Shown: positions 37,257 to 50,627 of the stretch, piece after piece | Position numbering within the stretch: position 1 is the first letter of the stretch | How the letters are laid out: the number at the start of each line of letters is the position of its first letter | Assembly: GCA_008632985.1 (NCBI GenBank) | Contig: QPGO01000055.1 | Coordinates: 349,100-413,099 of the forward strand | Direction: 5' to 3' | From: Psammoneis japonica | Taxonomy: Eukaryota | DNA: 64,000 nt | Made by a program: the position numbers and the translations under genes | The notes under the pieces: model-generated | Told to the model about the DNA's origin: nothing | The model's database searches: none | Seen by the model: the letters and a program-made list of their open reading frames with translations, nothing else

Positions 37257-39656
37257 ATGGAAATGGCGTCTGCGCCCTTGCTATTGCGTTCCCAGAGTGA
37301 AGAAAACATGTCTTCTAGCAGCAGCAGTGGTTTGAGTGGCTCCTCGGAATCGTCGGATACCAATCAAAATGATGAGGATGCGGATTCCATTGGTTCCGAC
37401 ACTGAACAAGCAGAAGCCTTGAACGAGCCAGAAGATTTTCACAGGGAGCTACCGAATGCACTTGTTGAAAACGCTGACTTGCCGTTGAATGAAGAGGAAT
37501 TATCAAGCACTCAGGAGGATCCGAAAAATATGTGTGTGCTGTCACGAAAAACTCACGTGGCGATTGTTGTTGTTTTTGTGGTTGTTATTCTCGCTGTTAC
37601 TGGCATCATTCTCTACGTTTCTCTGCGAGATACCAACCGTCAAGAGAGTAAGGAGGGCTCAAAAGGCACTAATGATCCAGCACCTGCGGCTGAAAATCTA
37701 AAGGAGCTTCAGTCGCGATGGAGAGACAGATTGATTGCACAAAACATATCGAACCGCGTCGACTTGCTTAATCCTACATCCCCCCAGTCTCAATCACTGA
37801 ATTGGCTCGTTTATACGGATGAATTATTGCCAAAGTCACTAGAAACTGCCGGTTTTCAGGTTGTTATACAACGGTATGTCCTTTTGGTGTTGGCCTACAA
37901 TTGTGGTGGAGAGCAATGGCGAGCCATTGGCAAACCTTGGATACGTCGGCCAACGGACCACGAGTGTGACTGGGGCGGGATTGTATGCAGTTCAACTACT
38001 CGCAATGTCACAGAACTGAACCTATCAGCGGTTCAAATGACTGGGGGCTTGCCTAATGAAATTGAGCACTTGACCAAGCTCGGTATGTTGTTGTCGTTGC
38101 TGGGAACTCTTACCTAACCGGTGTTGTTGGCTCTCTCATTGTGCAGCTTATTTCCTCAGACTCATTGAATGTAGAGTACAATCGCTTGAAAGGACCTATT
38201 CCACTAGGCATATATCGCTTGTCAAATCTGAGTAAGTGCTTTGCAGTCGCTCATCACAAAACGAATGCCAAGTCTAACCCTGCGTAAATCTGGTGTCTTG
38301 TCCCCTCGCAGAGTCAATCAACGTTGGTTTCAACGATTTTGGATCAACCATAAGTGAAGAAATCGGGTCAATGTCAAACCTAGGTGCGACGTATTTCCTT
38401 AGTTGTTGATGCGTGTGGATCGAAAGAAAAACGAATTGATGCTAATACTCTTGAGCTTTGAAAACATCATTTCTGATTGCAGTCCAGTTTTACGCATCTG
38501 ATAATTTCCTTATTGGCACACTGCCCGAGAGTATGAAGAAACTAAAGCGACTTGGTAAGAATGCTGCGGCTGAATATGTGCGTGCAGGCTGCGACTCTCT
38601 CATACGGTGGTTTCCCACCTGCTTGTTGATTCGTTAGAACGGCTGGCTATCGAGTTCAATGTAGTTGCGGCTCCCATCTTTGATTTTGTAATGGAATGGC
38701 CCAAGTTAGGTGAGAACGAGTGTCGTGGTTCAAAAATTCGGAGTAGACCCTTTTTTCATTATGTCCGAGCGATTTTGGTATCGTCGATTGAACCTCCTTG
38801 GCCTCTTGTCCTTGTGCACTTCTGTAGTTGAGCTCCGCGCTCGAGACACAAAATTTTATGGGACGATCCCCACACAGATACACTTGGTGTCGAACTTGGG
38901 TAGGTGTTGTTCCGCCAGTCTATGCGTTAAATTTGTATACCACCTCTCTAATGACTTGATTATTTTCTTCTTGAATTGACTAAAAGATCACATCGAGCTC
39001 CCCGGCAGTCCCATTTCGGGTACCATTGCATCGGAGCTAGGATTACTTTCGAGATTGCGTAAGTATGGTGTCGCAGCGTATTCTCGTAGCGCATCTCTTA
39101 CCTCAACACCGCAATAATTCATTTGTTCAGGACTCCTTGTCCTGGGAAAGAGTAAGCCTAGTTTGAACGGCAAGATTCCAAGTGAGCTTGGAAACTGCAG
39201 AAACCTCGATACCTTGGTTTTATGGAACAGTGGTGCACTGACGTCCTTTATTCCCACAACCCTGGGTTTGTTAACGAATTTAACGACACTAGACCTATCA
39301 GCAAACGATTTGACGGGTGAAATACCCACCGAGATTGGAGAACTGGTCAAAATGGAAAGCCTTGCGCTTCAAATCAACCGTCTTTCTGGGCCGTTGCCTT
39401 CTGAATTGGGACGTCTGACAAATCTAGGTAAGCTGTAATCGCTCGGCATGACACTGCTGTAATGAAAGTACTTGCTATCTTATCATGGGTCTTTCTTTCC
39501 ATAGCGACGTTATTTATTGAAAGGAATGAACGCTTGACAGGATCTATTCCATCGAACTTATGCGAGAATAAAGTCATTCCTTTACTGCGCGAATTTGTTG
39601 CGGATTGTGTAGTCGACTGTGATTGTTGCGTCGACAGAGACACATTATGTCCTTGA
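37257..39656 (+). CDS. Type II membrane leucine-rich-repeat protein (plant-type 24-aa LRRs, N-cap and Cys C-cap)
   Basis: Exons: 37257-38082, 38160-38231, 38312-38383, 38483-38554, 38638-38709, 38828-38899, 38987-39058, 39131-39427, 39505-39656. TM segment VAIVVVFVVVILAVTGIILYV; cap PQSQSLNWL..QRYVL..HECDWGGIVC; LxxLxLxxNxLxGxIPxELG repeats; terminal DCVVDCDCC. Confidence 0.9.
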
Positions 39657-40166
39657 CTCTTCGAGAACAGCATGGTTTCGGGCAGCGCGTTGCCTCGCGG
39701 TTTTCGAATGCTACTTCGGTTGCGATGGCGAACGCTATCAGCAAATACTCTTCTCGTTGACACAACCGTTGGGAGGTAAGGATGTGATAAATTTGGGGCT
39801 CTCACAGTCTGCCGGGCACTCTCTTGAGTCACCTCTTCATCTTAATAACGTCCATATTCTCAGAGGGATATATTGGTATTTCTTAGAAACAACTGAAACT
39901 AGCCCCTCCCCTCAGTCCTTTCTCTAGAGCGGTAGAGAGAGGCTTCTTTCTGATTGATCACAAATTAAACAATAAGTAGTCTATTGTGCAGGATGACTGC
40001 AGCGTTTCACTAAACTAGACTTACACGTTTTCCGCATACGATGATGGGAAATAGTCATTGGCTGTATCAGAGATTTTTGCGCAAACAGAAACTCAGAGAA
40101 GTCCGAAGGGTACCACCGGCCAATTAATATCGACTTAACCTAGATTTTAAAACACTTGTCGTTAAC

Positions 40167-41198
40167 TTACTCTTGTTCCTCCTGAGCAAAAACAGCATTC
40201 TCTTGAATGGTCATTGCTTCCTTGTTTCCAAGGTACTCTTCCAAGATTTCTGAATTCGCACCAAAGAGAGACTTCAAGTTTGTGGTTCCGGAGACCCGTT
40301 CTTCCACCCCCGTGGCCCTCGCCCTCTCAAAGCCAGCAATATCCTTAATCAACCATGCGGGGTATCCTTGATTCTTGAGCTCTTCTTCAATCTCATGGTA
40401 CCCAATGGCGACATGCTCAAGCTCCTTGCCCACAAATTCCGAAAATACCTTGCACACGTCCACGTCACGAATGGGTTTCACTCCTGTCACTTCGTAGATT
40501 TTGTTGCGGTGCGTCTTTTGGTCTCCAAGAGAAGCAAGGGCGGCCACGGCAACAACATTGGGACTGACATAGTTGACTCCCATTCCATACGAAGCGGTAA
40601 CGTACTTGCCTTCATCGCGCAAGTAAGGTCCCTTTTGCATAAGCAGATCCGACATGAGATTGGATGCTCTCAAAATGGTGTAGCTCATGCGAGAGTTCAA
40701 GTGCGTCTTGGTGAGAATTTCGTCACATTCACGATGGAACCTTACATAAGGAACATACTTCTTGTATGGATCATTCCCCACAACAAAGACGGAGGTCTTG
40801 ACAAAGTGCTCCACGCCGTACTTTCGGCATGCGGCTTCAAACGCAGCAAACGTTTTCGCGGAAGCCTCGTGCTCCATATGCGGCAGCGTACAAAATACAG
40901 TCTTGACTCCGGCGAGCGCCATCTTGTACTCGTCTTGATCAGTCCAGTCGAACTTGATGACTTTGGCACCCAAGGCTTCGAACTCATCCGAGACCTTCTG
41001 CCCAATCGATTCATCTTCAACGCCATGCTGCCTCTTTCCTTTCCAGATACCGACACGAAGGTCTTTATGCCCGGCTTCCAGCAAGCCCTTGGCGACTCGG
41101 TATCCTACGACGGAGGTTCCAGCCGTGATGAAACACGTGCCCATGTCTTCGTCCTCATTGAGGCGAAGAGGGTCGAGAGCGCACTTGAGAAAGGCCAT
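40167..41198 (-). CDS. NmrA-like atypical NAD(P)-binding Rossmann protein
   Basis: N-terminal CFITAGTSVVGYRVAKGL, ALAGVKTVFCTLP, GVEHFVKTS, SYTILR, HRNKIYEVTG follow the NmrA/SDR-atypical pattern. Confidence 0.8.
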   Translation of the reverse strand: MAFLKCALDPLRLNEDEDMGTCFITAGTSVVGYRVAKGLLEAGHKDLRVGIWKGKRQHGVEDESIGQKVSDEFEALGAKVIKFDWTDQDEYKMALAGVKTVFCTLPHMEHEASAKTFAAFEAACRKYGVEHFVKTSVFVVGNDPYKKYVPYVRFHRECDEILTKTHLNSRMSYTILRASNLMSDLLMQKGPYLRDEGKYVTASYGMGVNYVSPNVVAVAALASLGDQKTHRNKIYEVTGVKPIRDVDVCKVFSEFVGKELEHVAIGYHEIEEELKNQGYPAWLIKDIAGFERARATGVEERVSGTTNLKSLFGANSEILEEYLGNKEAMTIQENAVFAQEEQE

Positions 41199-41398
41199 GG
41201 TGAAGAGTGAAGAACGCGAAGTGCGCTGTCATAAAATCTTTGGTGGGATCTTCTGCGCGCGCCATCACAGCTTTGCGCGATTGGTTATATTCTAAGTATT
41301 AATATATGTATGTTTATATTCTAAGCTCATGTCCGCCCATCGCCCGTCAGTCGAGGTCTTTCTAGTGATAGTAGCTTCCGTCTGCAAAAAGCCGATGG

Positions 41399-44300
41399 TT
41401 ACACCATGAGGAGCGCAACCGCCGAACAAGCCAAGAAAAGTGTGCTTGGAAGGCCTCTCAAACGGAAAGACCACGCGGATGAATCGTCTCGTGAGCCAAA
41501 AAGCGGTCGTTTCGGTTCAGCTAATGTTGTTCCCTGCGCGACGGAATTCTCGACACCAGGACTGGGCGACGCTGTTTCGATTGTTGGCTGCGTACTCGGC
41601 TTCAAGGATTCTTCAGTACCTCCGGGAGTAACTTCTTGGCTGGGCATTACTGTACTGGGAGCCAACGTTGGTAGGACTGCTTGACTTGGTATTGCAGTAC
41701 CTGGAGAAACTGTGGGATTAGTGCTCGGCTCTGTAGAGGTCGTCGAGTTCTCTCCTTCGCCTGGCGCGCTCGGCTCTGTAGCATTATTGGATGGAGAACC
41801 AGCCGGAGGAGGGGTTTCAGTTGCAGCGGGTGAATCTCGATACAAGTCACTTGCGCTGAAACTAAAAGGAAAATTTCCACGATTAGGACAGATCTTGTCC
41901 AAATCGGAGGATTCCGTGACACCAGACCACTGTGCGATTGATGGCCAAATTTGATCCCAGGCCGTTGTTGGGATTAGACGCCCTCTCCCGACGCTAAGGG
42001 TGCTCGTGTCAGACATGTCGGAAGGATATTCTCCCAAGATTCTGCCACCCTTGACGGCTCCGCCCGCCATAAAGTAGTTCCCACCCCAACCATGATCTGT
42101 GCCAAAGCCACTGTTTTGAGAAAGCGTTCTTGCAAACTCTGATATCTGTACCAGAGTCGTATGGTTCCACATGCCGAGCAACTTCATTTCCTGCACAAAG
42201 GCTCGTAAACCGGTGTTTACCTCTCGAAAGCGGGTTTCAAGACTAGTCTTCAGATCGGCATGAGAATCAAAGCCTCCAATCTCTACATAAAAAATATCAA
42301 CATCAGTTCCTCTGGATTCTCTCGTCTTGATCATCTTTGATACCATTTGAAGCTTTCTCCCCAATGGAGTTTCACCAAAGTCAGTTTCCAAATCCGTGGA
42401 TTCAACTGTGTCGTACAGATCTTGGTTCTTGTCCAATGAATCAAGAAGCGAATTTGACCATGTTTCTGCCATAAAGCCACTATCATAGCTGGCGGCACTA
42501 TTGAGTGCCTTGATTGTGTCGACCATTTTTGGTTTCGTCATGGATATCGATTCTTGAGGAATGAATCGCTTCACTCCATACTGGCTGACAACCGTATGCG
42601 ATGGCGACACGCCTGGCTCTCCGGATAATGCACTAGATGTTGTGTCTATGGAAATCAATCCCGCGGAGAGGCCTTTGCGAGTCAACGCATCGCTCAATCT
42701 TCCAAGGACGCCGATACCAGCCGCTTGCTGGAAAAGATCGACACTCCTTACTTCTCGCTGCATTGAATTATGTGAGAATAGGTCGGTGGGATTGTTTGCC
42801 TTGTAATTTTCACGAGTAGACGGACGTCCCAGAACACCAGCATTGGCAAAGAATAGTAATTCTTCTTGGTTGTAGAGATCTTGAACAATGGGTAGCTTTT
42901 CATGAACGCCAAATGTTTCACAGCCGACTTGCCCGCTTCCATTTATGGGGAGAAGCTCTTCATGCAAAAGATGCGCGGGGTTACCTGTTGCGTGGTAGAG
43001 ATTGGGAGGGAGACTGTGAGAGCCTTGCGTGAGCCGTGTAAAACATCGCGAAACAACTTACGGGCATTAACATAGTGCGTGTAGGCGTCATCGCCTGTAG
43101 CAGCAGTGCAACCTCTTGGTACCAACATATTGAACGAGTCACAACCACCCGAAAGCATGAGATAGACTATGGCCTTGTACGAGCTGCCCCCATTCGAATG
43201 TGACTCCTCGCTTTGTCTTGACTTCCCAGTGGGCTTGACTGTATTGGTTGTTTGAAATTCGGGTGTAGTGACAATCAACTGTTGCACGAGACGCAACGCC
43301 GCCTCTGCATTCGTCGCTTGCAGGGCTTCATCATATGCGTTCATCAACAGTTGGCGACTAGATGAATGTAGACGGCCCGATGTAAGGACTGTGGCAAGCT
43401 CATCAATGATATCACTGGTTGTTGCACCAGTGGGGGTAAAGGTAAGAATACCGGTTGCTCTGTTGTACTGACCATTGTCGGCACATTCACCAGAACCAAC
43501 CTCGGGAACGCTGGTGTAACCAAACCCGAATTGAACGTCATTTTCTCTGTAGCACTCGGATAGTCCATACTTTATCAATGCAAACAAACCGTCAATGGTC
43601 GCAAGGTTCTTCGGCGCATCCAGCATTTGCGCCTCAGGTGCCACCAACGACGCACTCGACACGCGGCCATCAGGAGCAAACTCGGGAAGAAAAAACGAGA
43701 AAACGGACTCAAACTCATATGCCATTTGGCCAATGAAAGTATCAATGTCATGAAAGATGATCATTGGAGTTTCTCCTTTGGCGCCGCTGTCTTTCATTCG
43801 AAAATCCATTCCGCGCATGAAGGCAATCACTCTCAGTATTGGTTCACGGATTGAACCGTGAGAAGGATCTGCGTCGAGAATAGGCATAGCTGCCTCGCGA
43901 TCCAAGACAATTGCAGCTACAGTCGAAGCCAAATCTCCATAGCGCCCTGTACCAAACGTGACTTCCCCGGCTTTGTACGTCCCGGTTCGAAAGGCTGTAG
44001 CGCATGATTTCACAAACCTGGGACTGGGGTTTGACATGCCAAAGCGCTGGATGAATCGAACGCACAAGAACGGCGCCGTGTTGTCGTGGTAAAAGTAATG
44101 CTGCAATGTCGCTTCAGTCTCGTACATGGCATCACGAATGTTCGTTTCTGATAGCACTAGGCTCATAAAATGTACTGGATTTCGAAATGAAAAGGTCGAA
44201 CCCTGAACCCCACTACCAATAACAACGGTGGACTTCGCATTCTTTAGGAAGCGAATACGGCCCACAGGATCCAGCACCTCAAAAATCGTGTCCGTGGTAT

Positions 44301-47300
44301 AGTTGTCAGCCGGGTTATGAACCTTGAAGTCATTCACAACCGTCGTAGTGTATGCGCCAGGATCGAAAGTGCTTGGATCTGGCGCCCCAACGTGCAAAGA
44401 TAACAGGATTGACTCTGAGCTATTTGGTTGGCTGGTAAATACAGCTGTATCTTCAACGAACGCGTCGCACAAGCAGTTGACTCCCTCAACGGTCGCGCAG
44501 TCACCACAATCGCTCTCTTCCTGCTTCGGGAATTGTCCGTTCTCCCATTGAACTTTAAAGTAATTTTGCGTGTCATCGTTAACATGAAGAACCTTTCTCT
44601 CTGATATGAAGGTAACATTGTGGACGATGGCAACCAACCCATCTGGGTTGACTTTTGCTTGTATACTGCAAGGCGCAAACGCCCAATGGAATACCACATC
44701 GTTCTTCCAGAAAGGCGCATCCGCGTCAACGCGACGATACTCGCAGGATTGGAGGCCTCTTGCCTCACAGCGAGCATTCTGAGTAGCAAACGTCATTCTC
44801 TCTATGTCATATCGTATATCTGAAACTGCGTTGGAGCTATTTCGACCGCTTTCGCAGCAAGCAGATGTTGCGATAGGGAGAAGCGGGTTTCCACACATCG
44901 GAGAACGAGCTTGATATTCACGATTCAGCTTCATGGCGTCGTTATAGAAAGCCATTTCCACACATGCAGGTCGCACATATTCATAGAAGATATCTTGTGA
45001 CATCTGTACGACACGAACTGTATCAACATCGCATTCTTCATTGTCGCAAACTAGGTTTTCATTCAGCGTGACTTGCACTGGAAAACTGCAGCCCTCTCCA
45101 CGGTCATCACAAAGAACAGAAAAGAGAGAGGAAGTTTGGTTCAGTGTGAACCTTTTGGAGAAGAGGGCGTCATCCGTCATTAGCTCTGGAAGTGGTGAGC
45201 TACCGAGAAGTCTATACTTCGCCCCCTTCCTAAGGAACTGCCTTTCCGGAAGATCAACACACAGTGGATACCCATCACCAATGAACCCTCCATAGAGGTC
45301 TGACTTTGGAAAACGATCACGCCATTCCGGAATTATTTTCATTGGATCAATTCCATTGACTCTGTCGGGTTGTTCAGTGTTACCGCGAAGATTTTGTCGA
45401 TCGAAACCAGTCCATGCTCTCGCTAGCGATCTGATCTCGTCGTTTGTGTATACCTTTTGGGTGCTATTGTTTGCGTCGAGCTTTGGGGTGCCGTCCAAGT
45501 TGAGCAACACTAACCCAGTGGTAAATAACTGCATTATCTCTCTGGCAAAGTTCTCGTCAGCAAACTCACGTTTCAAACTTTTGTCGTACACATATGCTTG
45601 GGATTTGGACTGAAGAAAGGACAAGTTCTCTGCCATTAACGCATTGTAGCTTATTCCTCGCAAAATATCGAGATAATCACCTACGGCATTCCTCACGAAA
45701 AGGTCATAGAACTGAAGAAACATCTCGGTGCTCTTCCCCTCAACTTTCACGGAGTCTAAGGCAATCACAAGTATCTGGCTCAGTGCAAATGCCATCCTTT
45801 GTCTTAGCTGATCCGGAGCATTCATCGCAAGCATTGTCCAGACGATCTCACGGCTTCTCCCATATTGATTCCTAAAGGTGGTGTCTCTCAGATAATTGGA
45901 TGACAAATCGAACTGTGATCCGTTCTCAGCATTGTTCGCCACTTCACCTGGCGAACCACAGACAACACGGCCTCTTCCTCCGCGACTACCACTTACGCCG
46001 TAGTATTCAGCAACATTGTCCACTCGTAGCTCGTCTGTGAGATCCAGATAGTTTATTGAATCTCCAAAGCGCCCTATGTAATCGAATTTCTGGCGAGTTG
46101 AGTCCCATCGAGTCATGGTATGGTCAATTGAACCGTCCAACGGATGCGTGCTAGGGTACACAAGAAAGGGCGACCCCTCGTCGAGCCATTTCTTTATAGG
46201 ATGGTTCGATGCAGGTTCTCTCGCTTCAGCATCGACATTGCCGGGGTGTTCTTGAGCCCAGGACGTCATGTCAAAGATGGAAAGATGATCGGGGTGGACA
46301 TGGGTCCAACAGTCGGGACCCACTTGGATCTCGATTTCGAGTTCTACGTCAATATCGTCGCATTCTACCCCGAAAGAAGGAAAATCGATATCGCGGACGT
46401 AGAGATTCCGGTCGGTAGAACTCAAGATGAGTCTTTTCAGTACAGTTGCGGTCCCGGGGCTTACGCCTGTCTGGTTAGCGCAAGTTCTGCCAGCATTCCG
46501 TTCCCAGCGACTACGAACACCAGGAGTACAGGGATGATCAATCTCGTAGCTGAATTCTTCCTGTTTGACTTTCAACCCACGAATTGCATAAACATACCGT
46601 CCAGTCAAAGCATGGAGTTGAACAAGATTGGCAGCGTCAAGGTCGATGAACGTATCCGGAGGTGGCACCGAACCACACGTATTGTCGTCCATACTCAAGA
46701 CGCACTGGCCACTGTTTTCAAAAGTCCGTGGTACGTTTGCACAGACAGTAGCACCATTGGTTGCATTGGAAATAGAGCCTCCACCATCAAGCATAGGAGA
46801 GTCGACAGTATTCTGCTCAAGTACAAGCCGGGGGTCCCACTGCAACAGACCAAATGTAGGATGACGGAGAAATATTGGTGGGTCGAAATCCTCCGCTTGA
46901 GAAGGGAAGTTACGACACAAGTCATCATTGAGCCCGCTCGTTAGAATATATCGATCATCGTTTCGGGTTTTGCCGCCGTCTTTCCATTCATCAATTACAC
47001 TCATTGTCGCATTTTCAGGCGCATGAATGACATGGTCGCCGAGGTAGCTTTCAAACCCAGTAAAGTTGATGGCTGGATTGCCAATATCTCGATCGATTGT
47101 TTCGCAAGTGCCACGCTCCTTTCCATCATATGGCTTGGTCTGCAAATAAAGCCTTCCTCGTACGTAGTCAAAGGGTAGTTGACAAATCTTGTATGGATGA
47201 TTCGGATCCCAGTGCGGGAATAGATCTTGAATGCGTGGCTCATCCCATGCGAATTCTTGCACGACCGTACGGGCGTGTCCTGATGGCAAGGAATCAAGAA

Positions 47301-48430
47301 CAAGTATTAGAAAAGAGAGCGGTGAAAAGGAGAAAACTGCAAAAAATAAGCAACGTACCGTCCACAAGGAGTATCCATGGTCCGGTGGGAATGTCTCTTC
47401 CATCGGTTTCATTTTTAGCAAAGGTTGTGTTTTGAACATAGACATAACCAGAGGCAAATCCGTCTTGCTGGTGTGCATCCTTGTCGGTAAATGTAAACCT
47501 ACGCCATCGCGAATTCGCGTCACACGGGCCATCGGATCTTCCAGCTCGCTGTGAAAACGTCCACTACAAAAAAAAAAGGAAACGCGGCAAAAAAGATGTG
47601 AGATTCAGATTGCTATTCAGTATTCATGACCAGTCACGTTTTTTTTTAAGACTTACTCGTGGATTTGCTCTTTTTCGCCAGTACTCTCGATGACTGGAGA
47701 GTGGTATTTGCATTTGCTCTTGAACCCAGAGAGCGCGGCTTGGAAACTCTTGAATGGATTGGATGTCAGACCGCCGTGTACCAAACGTTGTCATTTGAAG
47801 AAAGCGAGCAGCCTCTTCTGCTGCAGAAAGAGTATATTGGTAGGATGATAGCTGATATTCTTGATTTTTCGCAACACTTGGCAAGTAAAACGAGCAGACG
47901 GCATTGCGGCATTCGATCGGACCAGTTTCTCGAAAGACCTCGGATGCAATCGATCCGGCCGCGACTTCCCAGTCATAATAATGATAAGAACGAGCAAGGG
48001 GTACCACAGCCGTCACGTTGCCCAGTTCATTTCTTTGAATCCTCGTTAACGTGCACAGGTCTCCAAAGGTTGACAGTTGAAAATGACCTCCAGCTGCTGG
48101 TAATGTCTTGATACCGTCAGGAGAAGGGCACGTCCAATTAGCGTCGGTGCATTGCTTCTCGACAAGTGAACGACCCACAAATAACGTCTTGTTGCTGGCA
48201 CTAATACCAACTCCATTTTCTGTGCATATCGATCCGGGACAGCAGTCTGCGTCTTGCAAACAAGTTGCAGGATTGGTGCATTCTGGAGCTGCCGGTAAAC
48301 AAAACGTGCCGTTCCATATGCAATGGATTGCATCGTTGCATACTTGCTGAGAACTGATTGAAACGCAACTATTCACTGCTGTTACTCCATATGCAATCAA
48401 TAACAAGAAAACAAAGACAAAGTAACGCAT
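41399..48430 (-). CDS. Full-length DUF1800-DUF1501 fusion protein (about 2255 aa) with signal peptide and S/T/P-rich, hydrophobic C-terminus
   Basis: Exons 48430-47657, 47548-47359, 47279-43062 and 42984-41399 sum to 6768 nt, in frame. Signal peptide MRYFVFVFLLLIAYGVTA, then a Cys-rich segment, EAARFLQMTTFG, and the same DUF1800/DUF1501 motifs as the paralog at 1-5227. Confidence 0.9.
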
Positions 48431-48896
48431 TGATATTTTGTGACGCTTGGCTTGTACTTGGTGGATTCTTTCTCAAACACAGAAATACGTTGCTCGCATG
48501 TAATAATAGCAGTGAGTTCTTGAGCAATAATCTCTAGTCCGCACAACCAAACAAAAGGGTATGTTGTACACTAAAATCAATCGTGTTGTTGTTGTTTGCG
48601 AACACAACATCATCATCTTGGTGCGTCGTCCCAGAGGCATTGGAGTCATCATGCCCAACAAGATTTTGATTTATGAGAGGCATCGCAAAGAACGAAAACA
48701 TAAAGCGCGCGCCGCGACTCAAAAATGAGGTCTTGAAGGCCATTCGTTACGTCGAAGAAGAGCCTCTCTGTCATCGCGCGCGACACGAAAGAGCCTCTCT
48801 TTCAGCCTCGTTTTTAGCCTAAAAGAGGCCGCACGCAACATAAGATCGAGCCGTCACATTTTGCACTTTCCACCCTGCTAATAGTACGACTGCACC

Positions 48897-50177
48897 ATGA
48901 AGGTCAAGTTGTTCTCCAAGACGGATCGTCGCGTCCCCGTGACTGTAGTGACGGGTTTCCTTGGTTCGGGCAAGAGCACACTGCTCAATCACATTCTCAC
49001 GGACAAGACGCACGGTCTCAAGTTTGCCGTGATTGAAAACGAGCTCGGTGCCGTCGCGATTGATAATGAGATTCTAGCCAAAAAGGTGGATGAAGAAATC
49101 GTTGAAGTCACCAACGGTTGCATCTGCTGCAGCATTCGTGGCGATTTGGTAAGGTCACTCAACAAGCTGTACAAGAAGGTTGCCAAGTTTGACGGCATCT
49201 TGCTGGAAACGACTGGATTAGCGGACCCTGCTCCCATTGTACAGACCTTCTTTCAGAACCAAGAAATCAAGAAAAACTTCAAGCTTGACGGAGTCCTTAC
49301 AGTAGTGGACGCAAAGCACATTCTGGAACGTCTCGCTGAAGTCAAGCCCGATGGAGTCGTCAATGAGGCAGCCGAGCAGATTGCCTTTGCCGACAAGATT
49401 TTGCTAAACAAGGTGGATCTTGTTCCTAACGAGAAAACCTTGGACCAGATCGAGTCGGAAATCAAAGACATTAATCCCACGGTTTCGATACTTCGCACCA
49501 CCAATAGTGTCGTGGAAAACCCCAAGGATGCGCTTTTGGATATTGGTGGCTTTGATGTCGAGCGAGCGCTCGAGATGGACCCGGAATTCCTAACGGTGGA
49601 GCGCAGGCATCGCAAAGATCGGCGCATCGGTAGCCTGTGCTGTCAGGTGGACGGTGAAGTCAACCTCTTTCAACTCGAAGAGTGGATCACAACCTTGCTC
49701 AACCCTACCATGATGAACAGTCATGACCATAGCGAGCATAAGGGCGAACACGATCATGACCATGATCATGCGGATCATAGTAAGGACGATACAGTCTTGT
49801 ACCGGTACAAGGGCGTTCTAGCCATCAAGGGCATGCCCAACAAGTACATTTTTCAAGGTGTAGGCATGGTGCTTACCGGACGCTTTGACAATGAGCAGCC
49901 ATGGGGCGAGAGCGAACCAAAATCATCTCAGTTTGTCTTTATCGGGAAAAACTTGGACAAGGACATGCTTCAAAAAGGATTCGAGGCGTGTCTCGTGACG
50001 GAGGAGTTGCGTTTTGATATTGGATCCAAAGTACAAGCACGAGTAGAAGCAAGCTGGAAGATGGGTCAAGTTATTGCTCATTGGGATGAAGGCAATCCGT
50101 ACAGGATTCGTCTCGATAAAGAGGAAGAAATTTGGGCTCCACTTGATATTGAAGAAGTCGTTCGGCGCCCAGAATAG
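48897..50177 (+). CDS. CobW/COG0523-family G3E GTPase metallochaperone
   Basis: GFLGSGKSTL Walker A, IENELG, GCICC metal motif, ETTGLADP, NKVD. CobW-C domain with a His-rich insert (HDHSEHKGEHDHDHDHADH) and a small C-terminal beta domain. Confidence 0.92.
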   Translation: MKVKLFSKTDRRVPVTVVTGFLGSGKSTLLNHILTDKTHGLKFAVIENELGAVAIDNEILAKKVDEEIVEVTNGCICCSIRGDLVRSLNKLYKKVAKFDGILLETTGLADPAPIVQTFFQNQEIKKNFKLDGVLTVVDAKHILERLAEVKPDGVVNEAAEQIAFADKILLNKVDLVPNEKTLDQIESEIKDINPTVSILRTTNSVVENPKDALLDIGGFDVERALEMDPEFLTVERRHRKDRRIGSLCCQVDGEVNLFQLEEWITTLLNPTMMNSHDHSEHKGEHDHDHDHADHSKDDTVLYRYKGVLAIKGMPNKYIFQGVGMVLTGRFDNEQPWGESEPKSSQFVFIGKNLDKDMLQKGFEACLVTEELRFDIGSKVQARVEASWKMGQVIAHWDEGNPYRIRLDKEEEIWAPLDIEEVVRRPE

Positions 50178-50520
50178 ATACTGTTGGTGTTTCGTCAGAA
50201 CCACACATATGATGCCATACATCGGTGCTCGGTGCTTTGCTTTTCTTCTCTACTGTAGAAGTGTAGAGATTTGTATGTTTACTCTGTCAGCTTTATTGGA
50301 ATCAGTAAACGACCCAACGTAGACTACTGTAACTAAGGCCAACGACATCTTCGCTGCGACTTCTTCGCTTTCCACTCACTTGCACATCATCTGCTTTTTG
50401 TTGCATGAAAGCGTGGCGCCGGGTACCGATTCAGCAATGCATGATGCGATGCGTGATGCGAGACGAAAGGCAGTGGTTTTTGTCTGGACCTCAGACCTCG
50501 CAACTAACGCACGTGCGAGC

Positions 50521-50627
50521 CGCGAGGTCTACATAATGCTTTTTTCGCGAGGTCTAATGTTTTTTTCGCGAGGTCTAATGTTTTTTCGCGAGGTCTAATG
50601 GTTTTTCGCGAGGTCCAACGGTTTTTT
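50521..50627. repeat. About 20-bp tandem repeat TTTTTTCGCGAGGTCTAATG, five cores, with inverted core copies on both flanks
   Basis: CGCGAGGTC at 50521, 50546, 50567, 50587 and 50607; inverted GACCTCGC at 50494 and 50638. Confidence 0.9.

Noticed and set aside
40368..46944. Long antisense ORFs such as 40368-41210 (+) and 46144-46944 (+), and similarly 11112-11957 (-)
   Set aside because: They are shadows of well-supported genes on the opposite strand.
50521..50627. CRISPR-like array
   Set aside because: Units are contiguous with no unique spacers, there are no cas genes, and the context is eukaryotic.
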